A stretch of 64,000 nt of DNA from Antedon mediterranea (GCF_964355755.1 NC_092678.1:16783881-16847880); one strand, 5' to 3'; positions 13,091 to 31,671 are shown, counted from the first letter of the stretch. The notes: generated by a model not told the origin, from the letters alone. A program made the numbers and translations.

Positions 13091-13541
13091 AACAAATCAA
13101 AAAACATTAATTCTAAAACGCCCGGTGATATACTGAAATTTAATTAATTAATTTGAAACGATAAAGATGAGGAAATCTGTGAGAATGAGAAAAAGTCGCC
13201 CCAACCGAGACTCGAACTCGGACCGCCTGCTTGATATGCAGATGTCCTAACCATTAGACCACTGGGGCTTTCATGGTATTGTTCGAACTCGATTGGATAG
13301 CGACTCTTTAACATTCTCGGCGTGGAACGGCGGAACAGCACTAGTCCTCAGTTGTACGCACGCGCACCAGAGATCAAATTGATACGCCCTCATCTTACAG
13401 TATTTTTATTCACGAGGCGGGATCTCTGAAGAGATACTTTTATATATATAAACAAATCATCTTTATCGTTTCAAATTAATTAATTAAATTTCAGTATATC
13501 ACCGGGCGGTTTAGAATTAATGTTCTGTGCCTGATTTGTTT
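13091..13541 (-). mobile_element. TA-microsatellite-flanked element carrying a tRNA gene, with an inverted copy of its end
   Basis: 13091-13170 is the reverse complement of 13457-13541; (TA)n at both ends and at 13441-13450; second copy at 4580-4830. Confidence 0.75.
13197..13268 (-). tRNA. tRNA-Asp(ATC)-like gene or pseudogene inside a mobile element
   Basis: 72-nt cloverleaf GCCCCAG TG GTCT AATGGTTA GGAC A TCTGC ATATCAA GCAGG CGGT CCGAG TTCGAGT CTCGG TTGGGGC G, followed by ACTTTTT terminator. All four stems pair; A32 and A34 are atypical. Confidence 0.6.
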
Positions 13542-13573
13542 ATATATATAATATAATATATATAGTATATTGT

Positions 13574-14654
13574 TGTAGTGCTGACAACATAATGCTTTAA
13601 TACATGACAGACTTCAATGTTGCAAACATGTTTGAATACCCAGCGGAAGAGTCAGCAATCTTCTCTCCAAACCTACATACGCACGCCAACGGTATGGTTT
13701 GCATGGAATTTTTTGAAAACTTGCAGCTGCTGTTGCTGGACGATTCGGACAAAAAAAAATAGGGTCTACAAATTGCGACCTGCGCCAATCTGAAGAAGCA
13801 AGATAGTTTAATTAATGGAATACAAACTAGCACATGTGCAGTGATTTATATTCTAATATTCTATTAAGATTCAGTTTAAAAAACGTCTATTCTCTCACTT
13901 TTTGAAGTCCTAAGAAAGTTTAGAAATAATTTTAGAAAATCAAATGTTTCCATAAAATTATTTAATTTTGACGTATCGATGATAATTGCTATTAAACGTC
14001 ACCAATTAAAAATAATAATAATAATAATAATAGATAGATGTATATAGCGCAGATAAACATTGTCTATATGCGCTCGACAATAAAGAGGAAGAGTGGAAAA
14101 CTAAACAAACAAAAATATACCTACAAATTATTGATGTTTCTTTTTTTGAAATACAAATGAATAATACAATCACTGATTTTAATATTCCATACAGACAAAA
14201 TATCGAAATTATTAACTTTTACTGAAATAAAAATAAACGATTCTTTATTAATATCATCATCATCATCATTTTAAAGTAGTTATTGCACAAAAGTTTTTAT
14301 ATTTCGCAACTAATATTCCATTTTTAAGTGTCCATTTATAAACAATAAATAGGATACAATTTGGAAAAAATATCACACCACAACAATAATTGTGTTTATG
14401 TTTTTTTGTTGTTCAAGCCTATGTTTTTAAATTTGTTTTTCTTTTTTTATATGATGAAATACATTTTTATTTTCTAAAATCAAAGAATCATAACATTTTC
14501 TTCCTTGTAAAGATATTGAACCAACGCTATCACGTGTTTTAGTGGTTACAGCATTTTTTTTTAAATTTTCCAAACCTTTGTCGTTTCCTTATAAATTGGT
14601 TTTAGGTATAGCAAGTAAGAGACAAAACAAGGTGTGTTTTATGTTATAGTTCCT
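13574..14654 (+). repeat. Diverged local duplication, copy 1 (copy 2 at ~16708-17724)
   Basis: Collinear shared blocks GTGCTGACAACAT, TTTGCATGG.ATT, TACAAATTGCGAC, AATCACTGATTT, CACGTGTTT.AGTG.TTAC, TAGTTCCT. Confidence 0.75.
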
Positions 14655-14889
14655 TATAATATGATGAACTTAACATACTAAATTCTATATAGGTATTGTT
14701 TCATTTTTATTAATATATTTGTCACACAGAATCGATAAATAATAAATTATTATATTAACACATTTCAGAAATATAACGATAAATAAAAAAACAACGAAAC
14801 AAACAAGAATGAAACACATTCAAATATAAGCGGCAATGTTATAATATTGTCATTAGGCCTACAGTAATTATTTAATTTTTTTTATTGTA

Positions 14890-15230
14890 AGTCTTTAGGC
14901 AATGTGGCCAAGGATTACCAATAGTGAATTGATCACTGTCCTATCAGATAGGTGGTAATCCCCCTGATACAGGGCTTATGTTGTGAACGAGTTCACCCGG
15001 CCCCGGTAACCCCCTACTCTTCTCGAATAATGAACTGGGTTCTTTAAAGTGCACACATGTTATAACTGTGTACACTGGACCTACGGTTTATAGTCCTTTT
15101 CCAAGAAGACTTGTTCCACCACCAGAACTACTGTAGGAGCGAGTCGGCCTTGAACCCTTGCCGATGTTGTTGGCTCTTAGGTACGGTAAACGGCGACCCT
15201 GCCTTAACCGCTCGGCTATTTGATTCGCTC
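14890..15230 (-). mobile_element. tRNA-derived SINE with Deu/Nin-like core
   Basis: Reverse-complement match to 49737-50082; A box TAGCCGAGCGG, B box GGTTCAAGGCC; core GGACTATAAACCG.AGGTCC..AAAGAACCCAG..GAGTAGGGG. Confidence 0.85.
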
Positions 15231-16707
15231 TATTAATATAATGTATCTATTTAAAAAATAATTTAATGTCTTTATTTTGTTATTACTACTGTAAGCATAT
15301 TCATTTTATTTTTTTTTATTTTTTTCAATTATAAATAATTTTTCAAACAAATAATATATGTTGTGTTCTACAATCTCAACCATGCAAAATAATAGGCCTA
15401 ATCACAAAGTAATGTATTTAATTTACAGGAAAAAATCACTAACGTTTATATTTAAACATGGAAAATAAAAGTTCATGTTATTCCCACTTTCCTGACTGGA
15501 GAAAATCAAAATAACTAAATATACAATTATTATGATTATCATGTTAAACTCCTAGGAGTAAAATTCCGACAAAACTTTAAAAATAATATGGTTTTATATA
15601 AAAGTTGCTTGCGTCCATGCTTGGAATATGCTTTCCCCTTTTGAATTCAGGTTTAACGGAAGATAATAGGAATAATTTAGAAAGAATCTAAACAAGAGTG
15701 TGTAAATGCATCTTAACCAATGCTTACATTTCTTATTCAGATGATTTAACCTCTGTCTCTCTTTTAAAAACATTTTGATTCGAATTCGAATAATTAAATT
15801 ATGTAAATATTTGCCTATTTGTTTGTCTATTTAATGAATACGTTTGTAAAACTAATCTAATTTTATTGAAAAATACTGTAAAAAATTCAGCAATTCAGCC
15901 TTTGACTGCAAATCTCCAAAATCTCTCAAAATTAAAAAAATACACCTTTTCTACTTATTAAATATTTATTAATCGGTCATGTCTCGATCTGCAGTACCAA
16001 CAGATTTTTTTTTTCTGTTATTCATATTTTAGATTATGAAATTTATTATGATTTTCTTCAATGCATTTCTTTTCTTTTTTATTTGTGTTAAGGCTCGCCC
16101 AACACAAGATGTTTACAAACATCTTTTAGGGCTTTTGCCTTCATTTTCTAATATACTTTTATAATTCTGTACAATCCTGTTTCTTGTTTTCCTACAGTAT
16201 GTATTCAGATTTTGTAAATAAATGTCTATTTAATTGAATTATTGAATTGAAAAAAATGTATTTTTTCATGGCAATTCTTGTCAAAATAAAAATACCAATG
16301 ATGACAAAAATATTGAAACATACAATAAATAAATAAAATAGAAAAAAATGGTACTTTATTTATTTATACTATATTCTGTATTTTATTTTAATAATTAACA
16401 ACAATTGTATTCATTTGTTTGTTTTTGCGCATTGTTAGATTTATTTTTACTTCTGTAGGTATATTTTATTATACTTCTGATTTTGTTGAATTAAATAAAA
16501 CACCACATGGACTTCCTTACAAAACGTACCGTAAAAAGTACATACACATTTACGTTTACATTTACCTCGTTGACTTGTTATCGCCCGCCATTACCAGATT
16601 ATAGATCTAAAGAAAACTATGAGTTAGCATTGTCTATAATACAGTAGTTGACATTATGAATAGGTGTACCATGACTGAACAATACGTATGTCATACATTT
16701 AGTGTTA

Positions 16708-17724
16708 CAGTGCTGACAACATACATGACACGCTTACTATCCTCTCTAGACCTACCGTACATACGCTAGTTGTATCATTTGCATGGGATTTTCGAAACTC
16801 CAGCTGATGCTGTTGTTGGCCGATTAGGACAAACTACAAATTGCGACGAGTGTCAACTTGAAATAGTTATGTTCATCTTGGCGTGTCATACTAAAGATTG
16901 CAACGAGTGCCAATTGACAAAGCAAGACAATTTAAAAATCTAGCACAAAATCTAGTAATTTTGTATTCATATTTTACAAAGATACCGTTTTAAAACCGTG
17001 TAATCGCTTAATTTCAGTAAGGCAGAGTTACTAGGTATATGGTTAAACAAAAAATGTTTCTCTAAAATAATTTCATTTAGACGCCAAAAAATAAGCCTAC
17101 CAAATCTACGTTTCACTTTTTTATTTTGTAAAGCTATACATAAACTACAGAAAAATGCCCTTTTGTTTAAGGTCCATACTGTTTTGGCTACGAAATAAAT
17201 GTTAACTTGAATGAATGGATGAAATACAACAAAATAAAATCACTGATTTGGATATTGTTCATACAAAGAAAATAGAAAAAAAAAAACGATTTCTTTTTGT
17301 CTAATTAAACTTTTTTTTTTAATTCTCAATGTTTTATATTTTGCACATTTATTTGTATTGTTAATTTATAATCCAAAACAGATGATAACATTTGAAGTCA
17401 GAACAAAGAAAGTATTCTTTTCATTTTCTTCAGGTTAAGTTCTTTATAATATAACATCAAGAAAATGAAAATAATTATTCATATGAATTTAATATTGAAT
17501 GTCTATCTAAAATTTTTATTTTATCTTCCTTGAAAAAGTACAGTAAACCGACGATATCCACGTGTTTGAGTGTTTACGGCAATTTTTTGAATATTTCAAA
17601 CATTACATATTTCTTTATGAAGTGGTTGAAGGTGGAGATCTAATAACTTCCTAATGAAACAAGTTTAACGAAATATAGCGAGTAAATAGACAATTAAAGT
17701 TGTTGTTTTTACGCTGTAGTTCCT
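16708..17724 (+). repeat. Diverged local duplication, copy 2
   Basis: Collinear with 13574-14654. Confidence 0.75.
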
Positions 17725-18720
17725 CAATACTTGGTTTCCACAGAGACGCAATGCAAGAACGTAAGCGCAACATAGTTTACCAATCACAATCGATGAATCA
17801 TCCGAACTGTCGCTTGTGATTGGTCAAAACGATCGAGTGTCCGAGAACCAAGCTTCATAAACCTTGTTTCATTTTTTATTTATTCAAACTGTGTCGGGAT
17901 GAGAATATTTATATAAACACATTTAAAAAGATAAAGATAAAACAACTACATACTATACAAAAAAAACAGAATGTTTTTAACTATTATTTAATAATGAAAT
18001 ACAATCAAACGCAAGCGGTGATTTTTGTTAATTTATTAGGCTTATACTAGTTAAAATAGTCTCTCTTTTTCATGTATACATTTTATTCAAATTATTGCTA
18101 ATTATTATATTACTTTATTTTTGTTTCACATTTTCGTTTTACTTACCTGTAATAAAACTATGTGTGTATTTCATAGTGTTGCATATACATTTTGTTTTCA
18201 ATTAAAAGGGATGGCGAATTTAAAGTGTTCATATGAACATGTCACTGAAGTAAGTCAATGTTTAGCAAAATGAACACGGGCAGAAACATTATGCATTATG
18301 TAACAGCACAACTTGGAGAAACTGACTGCATTATATGCACGTGGACATTTAATAAGCGTTCATAATGATCACACCATTGTACATAGTCTAGTAGGCATAG
18401 GACCTCATGATGTAATTTTGTAAAGGATTTGGAGCATCACCCTTTTGATGATGTCATTCCTTCAGAATGACAGAAATCCCTGTTTACTAGGGTAATATTG
18501 CTTTGGTCTAAAGCTTCGAGATGCCTACACACACATTTACAGATTATATAGCTATTATTACGCCATTTGCTACAGTTTACGAATATGGGGTTAGTTGGAA
18601 AATTGTAATACTGTTTTTGTGTTCAGGCATAGTTCTAAGAATAGGTTTGGTTTGAAAATTGTAATACACACTGCTTATTGTCGATAGCATGATTTGTGCC
18701 TGTTGAAGTAGTCCTAGAAA

Positions 18721-20290
18721 TAGGTATGTTACTTAAAATTTCTTTTTGAACAACCAAAAATAGTATAAGCGAACTTACCATACGTTTCGAAACCTATCAG
18801 GTTTCATTCTCAACTGGCGTTTCATCGTCTAGCGTTGTTAATCCCATGACGACGATGAGTTGGTATAACGCCACCAATAGGTCCAAAAGGACGTTTCCCC
18901 TTCTCCGATAGTTGATCATAAATGTGTGACAATTCGTGGGCTCCTTCATCTCTGTTCATGATTTTTCCATGTTTTCTGATGTTGATCGACTCTTTTATTT
19001 GCCTTTTTTGAGTGTTGCATTCTTTCTCTAGGATAGCAGCGTTCCAATCAATGAGGTGATTGTGTTGTAGTGAATGATCTGTTATTGCAGATTTATGTAT
19101 GATTGATGATGTAGACGATCTTTGAGCCCTGGTTAAAATCTCTCCCGTGTTGTTTTCTGTGTCTGTGCGATGTTCTTTTATGCGTGTTTTTAAAGCCCTC
19201 CCTGTTTTCCCTATATAAGCTTGTGGACAGTTCAAACATTGTAGTTTGTAGATGCAACCGCATACTGGGTCTTTTTCGGTGCGGTCTTTCGGATGAACGA
19301 GGTTTTGCCTGATCTTATTAGATGGGATGAAAAAGGTGTCAATTTCATGTTGGTTGAAAACTCTTTTTATGCGTTCAGACAGACCTTTAGTGTATGGGAT
19401 CCCGATGTTACAACGTGACTTTTCTTTAGTAGATGTTGTACCGTTGCTGCGATTTTGATCAAGCTGTCGTCGCTGTTTTTGGAGTCGTTATTTTTCTACC
19501 TTCTTGAATGTCCAATCTGGATAGTCGCATTTCTTCATAACCTGTCTGATGTGCTCCATTTCCTGTTTCTGTCCTTCAGGTGTTGAAACTATGTTTTCAC
19601 ATCTGTCCACAAGCGTATTAATAACACTGAGTTTGTGTTGTAATGGGTGATTTGACTTGAAATTTAAATACTGATCTGTGTGTGTCGGTTTTCTGTAGAC
19701 TGAAGTTGTTAATGATCGGTTGCTTTGTAGTGTTATGAGAATGTCCAAAAAAGGAATGGTGTTGTTGGACATGCATTTAATTTAATGTTTTGGGTAGTAT
19801 CAATGTCGTTTAAGTGAGTGTTTAGATCAGTAGCTGCATGCAAGGGAATGCTGGCAAGAATGTCATCGACATAGCGATACCATATGGAGGGTTTGAATTC
19901 CATTGGTGCTGTAGCAATCGCCTCCGACTCTAACCATTCCATAAACAAATTTGCTATGATGGGGCTGATGGGACTGCCCATCGCTAAACCTTCCTTTTGT
20001 TTGTATATTTTGCCTTTGAAACTGAAATAAGCGGCGTTGAGAATCAGTGATAGCAACTTAATGATATCAACCACTTCTAATTTTGTTCTTGTGTTCTTGG
20101 ACCTATTGGTGGCGCTATACCAACTCATCGTCGTCATGGGATTAACAACGCTAGACGATGAAACGCCAGTTGAGAATGAAACCTGATAGGTTTCGAAACG
20201 TACTGTGAGTTCGCTTATACTATTTTTGGTTGTTCAAAAAGAAATTTTATGTAATACCTATTCCACAACCAGATGAAATTCTTTCCAACA
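18721..20290 (-). mobile_element. Penelope-like retroelement (RT + GIY-YIG), 5'-truncated, with inverted pLTR
   Basis: GLAMGSPISP..ANLFM, WYRYVDD, PFLD, VYRKPTHTDQYL, YIGKTGR..RIKEH..MNRDEG; 18721-18886 is the reverse complement of 20097-20262; direct repeat TCCTAGAAA(TAGGT) at 18712 and 20291. Confidence 0.93.
20167..20205 (+). ncRNA. Minimal type I hammerhead ribozyme of the Penelope pLTR (variant copy on - strand ~18778-18816)
   Basis: CAG-TTGAGAAT-GAAACC-TGATA-GGTTTC-GAAACGTA-CTG: helix I, CUGANGA-like core, helix II, GAAAC plus palindromic helix III. Confidence 0.65.
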
Positions 20291-20424
20291 TCCTAGAAAT
20301 AGGTTTGGTCTAAAGACAATCGGATACAGTCTAGTTTCGTTTGAAATGTTGAAATCAAATGTTGAAAAAAAAATAGCCAAGAATTTTCGAGAAAAATATT
20401 TGTGTTTAATGTATAGGTGGCGCC

Positions 20425-20720
20425 CTGTCACGCTGTTTTCCTATGAATAATTCTAACTATCCACTTCTGACTCTTTGATCTATATTCCCGAACACACACT
20501 TTGTCTCCTTCTTTGAATTCTCTAAGCGTCTTATTGCAGATTGGTTTTCTCTGACTTCCCTGGTTATTTTCAACGTTCAACACGTAACGTTCAGTTTTAG
20601 GTAAAAGTTCTAATCAATTATTTTTTTTTTCATAGGTCGAACACCAACCTATAGTTTTGGGTCTTTGACTGTCTTATTCCGCGACTATTAAATCGGAGAG
20701 CTGTTTTTCTGACTGCACCT
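20425..20720 (-). mobile_element. Gypsy/Ty3 integrase C-terminal remnant
   Basis: Minus-strand translation ...NKTLREFKEGDKVCVREYRSKSQKWIVRIIHRKT resembles the Gypsy integrase C-terminal region; frameshifted. Confidence 0.5.
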
Positions 20721-22235
20721 CTCGTCTAACCTTTGAAATGTATAAAAGATGGAAGCAACGTATTAATGAATTGTTTAAATTACCTTTTCTTTTTTGTTCG
20801 TTGAACAATAACAAATTCATAAAAATATTTCATATTTCATGATACCAAAAACAGCACCGACGCAGCGGTAACACACACAAAATATGAAAAATAAAATAAA
20901 AATATTCTACCAATTTTTTATTTGTATAATATAATATATGAGCTGGATCTACGAAAGCCAATTTATGAAAAGACTGCGTCATTTGGAAATTACCTGGGAA
21001 AAACCAAAAAACTGAAATCATAAATTTAAATCAGCTAGATAGTAAAACAATATATTTGTAGAGATGTAAATGTACACAGAAAACAAGAATGGTCAGGAAA
21101 GAGCACTCTTAGTCTGGCTCCTAACAGTTATGTTAGTACATACAATACTGTAAATATCTATATATAAATTATGGTTAATTCTGACATAAGCTAGCACAAT
21201 GCAAAAACTTCGGTACAAATCTATCTATCTGAGATGTACCGCAAAACGTAGATTTGATAACATTAGTGTTCACATCGACGCTATTGTTCCATATTTCTAT
21301 CTTAGGAAGATGTTATAAAAGAGTTTTTTAACCAAATTTATGATCTCAATTTCAATTCTTCCCGGTCAAAGTAATTTCTGGGTTTAAGATAAGTTCACCT
21401 TGCAACAACCTGGTTTCAAATATTTCAAACATACCGCGCGTGTGTGAAGGTACAGTAGTTAAATAATAGAAATTATACTGCAAATTAATAAAGATCAAAT
21501 TAAATATACGCCATAAAGAATCAGAATATATTGTGGGGGATAGTATTACATAGGGAGATTTGATGATAAGACATTTTTCGAGTGAAATCCCGTTAGCTGA
21601 GTTTTATTGAGTAAGCTTGCAAGAATAACTGTAGGCTATCTTCCTGTGTCCCGTTAGGACCGAGATGTCTGCCCATGTCTTCTTTCTTTGGCCCACGGCA
21701 GTTAGTTTCAAAAGATGATTAAATTAAATAATGTATTAATAATTATTAGGATGGTATTCATTTGAATAAACGCCTCTCCAATAAAACATCACTTTGAATA
21801 ATAACCCCCCCCCCCCCCACCCCCAACCCAACTATCTAATAAACGTCCATCCACATATTTATAATAAAACAATTATACTATTTGTAGTAGAATTCACCGC
21901 ACTGTTATCTACAATTTACCAAGCATTTGTTATTCTTTTTTAGCACTTTTCATATCTATTAGAGGATTTTATTTGATTATAAATGTTACCATATTATTAA
22001 AACTACAAAATTTAACATATATCCCTCGAATAAGCACCTCCCTCAAATGACCTCCGCCTCCCCAAAGGGCCCTACCAAACAATAAAAACTGTACTTTAAA
22101 ATGTTATTAATCATCTAAAACACTGTGAAACAAAGTAGTTTAGTTTTACGATTGTCAAGCATTTTCAATAATAGTAACCGACAGAAAACGTATAAGGAGA
22201 ACATTATCATTCCGAGAACCATCGTCTACACTTCC

Positions 22236-22273
22236 TAGAGGGTGAGCAAGCGAAGCGAGCTCACCCTCTAGTA
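22236..22273. repeat. Palindrome, Helitron/Helentron-type terminal hairpin
   Basis: CTAGAGGGTGAGC-AAGCGAAGCGA-GCTCACCCTCTAG. Confidence 0.55.
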
Positions 22274-22449
22274 TAGATAATGTAAATAAAGCCACATGCA
22301 AAGCCAACCAAAGGATGTTTATTTTAAGAAAAATGAGGTACCTACAAATTGACAAAACTATACTTACATGGTTTTATAACTCTGTAATTCTCAGTGTAAT
22401 ACTTTTTGTAATGTTTGTTTTTATGGTAATACAATGAAAAAAGATAAAA

Positions 22450-22973
22450 TTAAACTTAATCGAATAGGAAATAGAGCAATTAGACTAGTAGGAGAGCACT
22501 TACCTGATGTTGAATCCTTGTATAAAGACAGTAAAAAGTATCATTGGTGATAAAACACATTCTCTTCACAAACAATTTGCCCTCATGAATTCTGGCATAA
22601 GACTACGTGCACTTAATACCAAAACAAAACGGTTTAGGTGCTCGTTTGTACCTAATGCTAAAAAATATATAACTCCAGAGTACAAAGATAAAATGTAACC
22701 GCTTTTGTTTATTTTTATAGCTCACGCATGTATTTTTAATGCTTTTATATAAACTTTAAAGCATCGTTAGTGCAATATAATAATAAATCATATAATATAA
22801 TTAAATAATAATAATATTTATCTAATTTTAACCATTTTTAGCCTCTTAACCTTTTGTGTGTGTTTTTGTAAATTGTATTTTATATTTATATTTTTGTATT
22901 TTGCCAGTTTTCAAATCACATTTCTGTTTTTTAAATGGACAATAAAGTATATATATGACTATGACTATGACTA
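22450..22973 (+). mobile_element. LINE 3' remnant (Rex/L2 group) with (TATGAC)n tail
   Basis: HSLHKQF..SGIRLRALNTKTKRFRCSFVP C-terminal motif; AATAAA followed by three TATGAC repeats. Confidence 0.65.
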
Positions 22974-23991
22974 AAAACACATGCACAACACACAATAAAG
23001 ATAGGATTGGCGCTTACACTTTAATCGTATCTTCTTCTTGTCTGCAAATATCTAAAATGTAAAAACATAATTATTGTTGTACAGTAGTAGCAATTGACAA
23101 CATTTACAGCATTCTAATTCATTTCAAAGTCCCTCTCTTTTGTAAAAGTAATCTCGAAAAGAAGCCCAGCCAAGAGCTCTAAAAAAGAAGAAGCCCATGA
23201 GCTTTTACGGTTACAATTATTGATGTACAGTGTAGTTTGGTAGCTTTTACAATAATACTAACATTTACATTTATTGATGTATAGTAGTTCGGTGGATTGT
23301 GTAAGATTTGGTAGATAGAATGTAGTTTTATTTCAATTGATGTTGGCTTATTTCATTAACATAACCTATACATTTATCGATGTAGTTTGGTGGATTGTAT
23401 TAGTTTTATGTAAGATTTGATATAAAAAAAATACTGATTATTATTATAAATAATGTTCGCTTTTCAGTAATTATTATAAAGATAAAGTTATTAATTTTAA
23501 TATTTCATAGGCCATATAAAACAAATACTATTTGTTTAACATATCGATCCCCAATGATAAAATGTCTTTATATGAAAGGAAACGAATTTCTAAAAAAAGA
23601 AGCCGCTCCTTAGTTTGAAAAATTAATCTCGAAAAGAAACTCATCAGAATAAAGCCCCCTGTGTGATTATCTGGCGTCTTTTTAAGATAGTTTAGGCTTC
23701 TTTTTCTAGAGGGTCTGTTTGCAGTGCAACACGGATGCTATGTGAAGACATTTAGCTGATCGCTCGTGTTCCGTTGCCGGATTACTATATTAAATTTAAT
23801 TAAATACTTGAAAAATAAAATCGTAATTGAAGACTTTTTATTTCCACCAATGCTATGACAATATGTAAAGGCTGATTATGTGCTTTACATATAAATGTGC
23901 GCTGAATAAGTTATAATGTTAATATCAATGCTTTTTATAATTACTGTAGGCATTTACAAAGAACGTGAACATGCTTAGTATATTGCTAGTG

Positions 23992-24127
23992 CTTGGTTCC
24001 ACTAGAAACGCAATGCACTGAACGCCAGGTAGTGACCAATCACAAGCGATGGATTATTTGAACTGTCGATTGTGATTGGTCAACTCGCTTACGTTGTTTT
24101 TACGTCCTTGTGTTTTGGGAACCAAGA
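23992..24127. mobile_element. Short palindromic MITE (partial copy at 17730-17826)
   Basis: TIRs CTTGGTTCC..GGAACCAAG; internal inverted GACCAATCACAA/TTGTGATTGGTC. Confidence 0.6.
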
Positions 24128-24861
24128 TTTATTTTTATGTGATCATTTGTTAATGTTAGATTTAAATAAATAAATGTTGTGAATATATAATTTTTTTTTC
24201 TATTGGTAAAATTGTCTAGTAATAAGCTAGGGCGCTGCTGTCAGATGTAAATATAATAATATTTCTGTATAATTATTTGGCAAATTGACAAGTAGGCCTA
24301 CACTGATGCCCCTGTGGAAAGACAATCTGTAACTAAAGATACTGTCAGTCTGCTTGATGGGATTGAAGTAGGCTCGGAACGCATTATTTTTTTCCCTATT
24401 ACTGTCGGTTAAGGCAGAAACTATAGAGGGCCTGAATCCATACAGGAATATTAATGATGTGACGGCAAACCCCGGAACTAGTTTTCAAGCGGTAATCGAA
24501 AATGATCTCTCATGATAAACTGCCTGCACATGGCCTTTAATCAAAAGCAGGGAGTTGGTGACTTACTGTTTAAAGATTTACTGTCCCCAAAACATAAAAA
24601 AAAATTAAATTAAAAAAAATCAGAGGACATTTTGTAGTTTTAATAAATTAATTTATTTTATTTATTTATTTCAACAATATTTATCGTACGAGTGTGTTTC
24701 ATGGACCAAACTGATTATTAGGGACCGTCACAACAATATAATTTGACATACAATAACATGAAATATAACAGAAGAACAAAATAAAACAAAAATAAGCGGT
24801 TAAATGCAATGAAAAAATACTATTTTTACTGTTTTTTTTTGTTTTTTTTTTACTTACAGTG

Positions 24862-24982
24862 TTTAGTCGCGTGTAACGCGACTCTACAGCTCACTATGTC
24901 GGTCGGTTTGTTGGTCGGTCGGTCGGTTGGTCGGTAAACACTAACTTGAGCACGCGACTGCAGCCATGTACATGGCCTTGTT
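24862..24982 (-). mobile_element. Short Helentron/DINE-like element (same family as 56545-56630 and 60505-60667)
   Basis: Hairpin AGTCGCGTGTAACGCGACT, (GGTC)n, GAGCACGCGACT..TGGCCTTGT. Confidence 0.6.
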
Positions 24983-25794
24983 TCATTTAAATGTACTCTG
25001 TTTTCCATCCAATTTGTGTACAAAGTGATAAGTATAAAATATTAATAAATTGGATGGAAAACAGAGTAAGAAAAGTTTCTCATTTTACGATAGTTCTTAA
25101 AATCAATGTAATTCTTTGTTTTATATGTTTTTATTTGTTTTTAGCTTTAAAATAGTCGCTTCGGTGGAATAGATAAAAAATGTTATGCCTGTTTTTTAAG
25201 CCATTTAGGCAAATCTTTCTTGAAACGTTTAGAAATGTATGGAGCAAATGTATCACAAACTTTGAAATGTATCATGCAGAAAGTACATTTTATTATGAAC
25301 AATAGTACATTTTATTATATATGCAATATAATTTTATTTGTTAGAGTTTTAGCTTTGGTATCGTACAGTAATCCATGGCGTTAAAAGTCAAGGTGTTCGG
25401 ACACAACGATCAACATGTGTACCACAAACCCATCTTGCAAATTCTGTTTTATCCGACTCAATTTTTTATTTAACTAATAATTAGTATTTTAAATTTTTTA
25501 AGTATTCAAAACAATTTCAATCACTTTATATTTTGTCTTTTGTTGTTTTAATGTATTTATGTATAATTGCCAAAGGAAAGTCACCATATTTCCTGTTTAT
25601 GGATCAATAAAGAATCTTGAATAATATAAATACTTAATCATAATGAACTGTTGTATAAAAACATTATACAGCGCCGCCTTGTGTTTTGGCATATGTGTTT
25701 CTATTACATATCAGCGTGTGAAGAAATGTGAACAGCTGAATGCGAGAAGGTAAAGCTACACCGCAGATAAAATACCAAGGACTTTCCTACAAAA

Positions 25795-31079
<5,285 letters not shown>

Positions 31080-31671
31080 ACATTTGCCCACAATATTTTC
31101 TAATTCTATCACATTATAGCAAGTAGTTATTTAGGATCATGCTGTTATACAATATAATATCTATATTACATTGGTTTGCTCGTCTTATCCCCTGGAGTCA
31201 AACGCATGGCATACCACGCTACCAGTACCAGTAGTAGGATCACCCGATTCTCGGTACTGTATGTGGATTTATCTAGTATCATAGAAAAATTACAGCATCA
31301 TTGTGTGTCGCACGTATTGCCTAGTATCATACACCATACCCTTACCCTTAAATTAACCTTACATGACACAAGCACAACATGTGTCTAGTATCATATTTTT
31401 TGTATTTGGGCTCATAGACCATACCCTTACCCTAAAATTAACCTTACAGGCACAACATGTGATACGAATGATATGCTGTATTACCAATATTTCTATGATA
31501 CTGGGCAAACAATCTTTACCTACCCAAGCCAAATACAGAATATAAAATATACGAAGTTTAACATATTGTGGCGCTCAACCGTGGAATTACCTAAACAAGC
31601 ATCACAAATGTTAATATTCTTAATATTTACAGATAATGTTAATGTCTCCTTGTGTTGTTTCTAATTTTACT

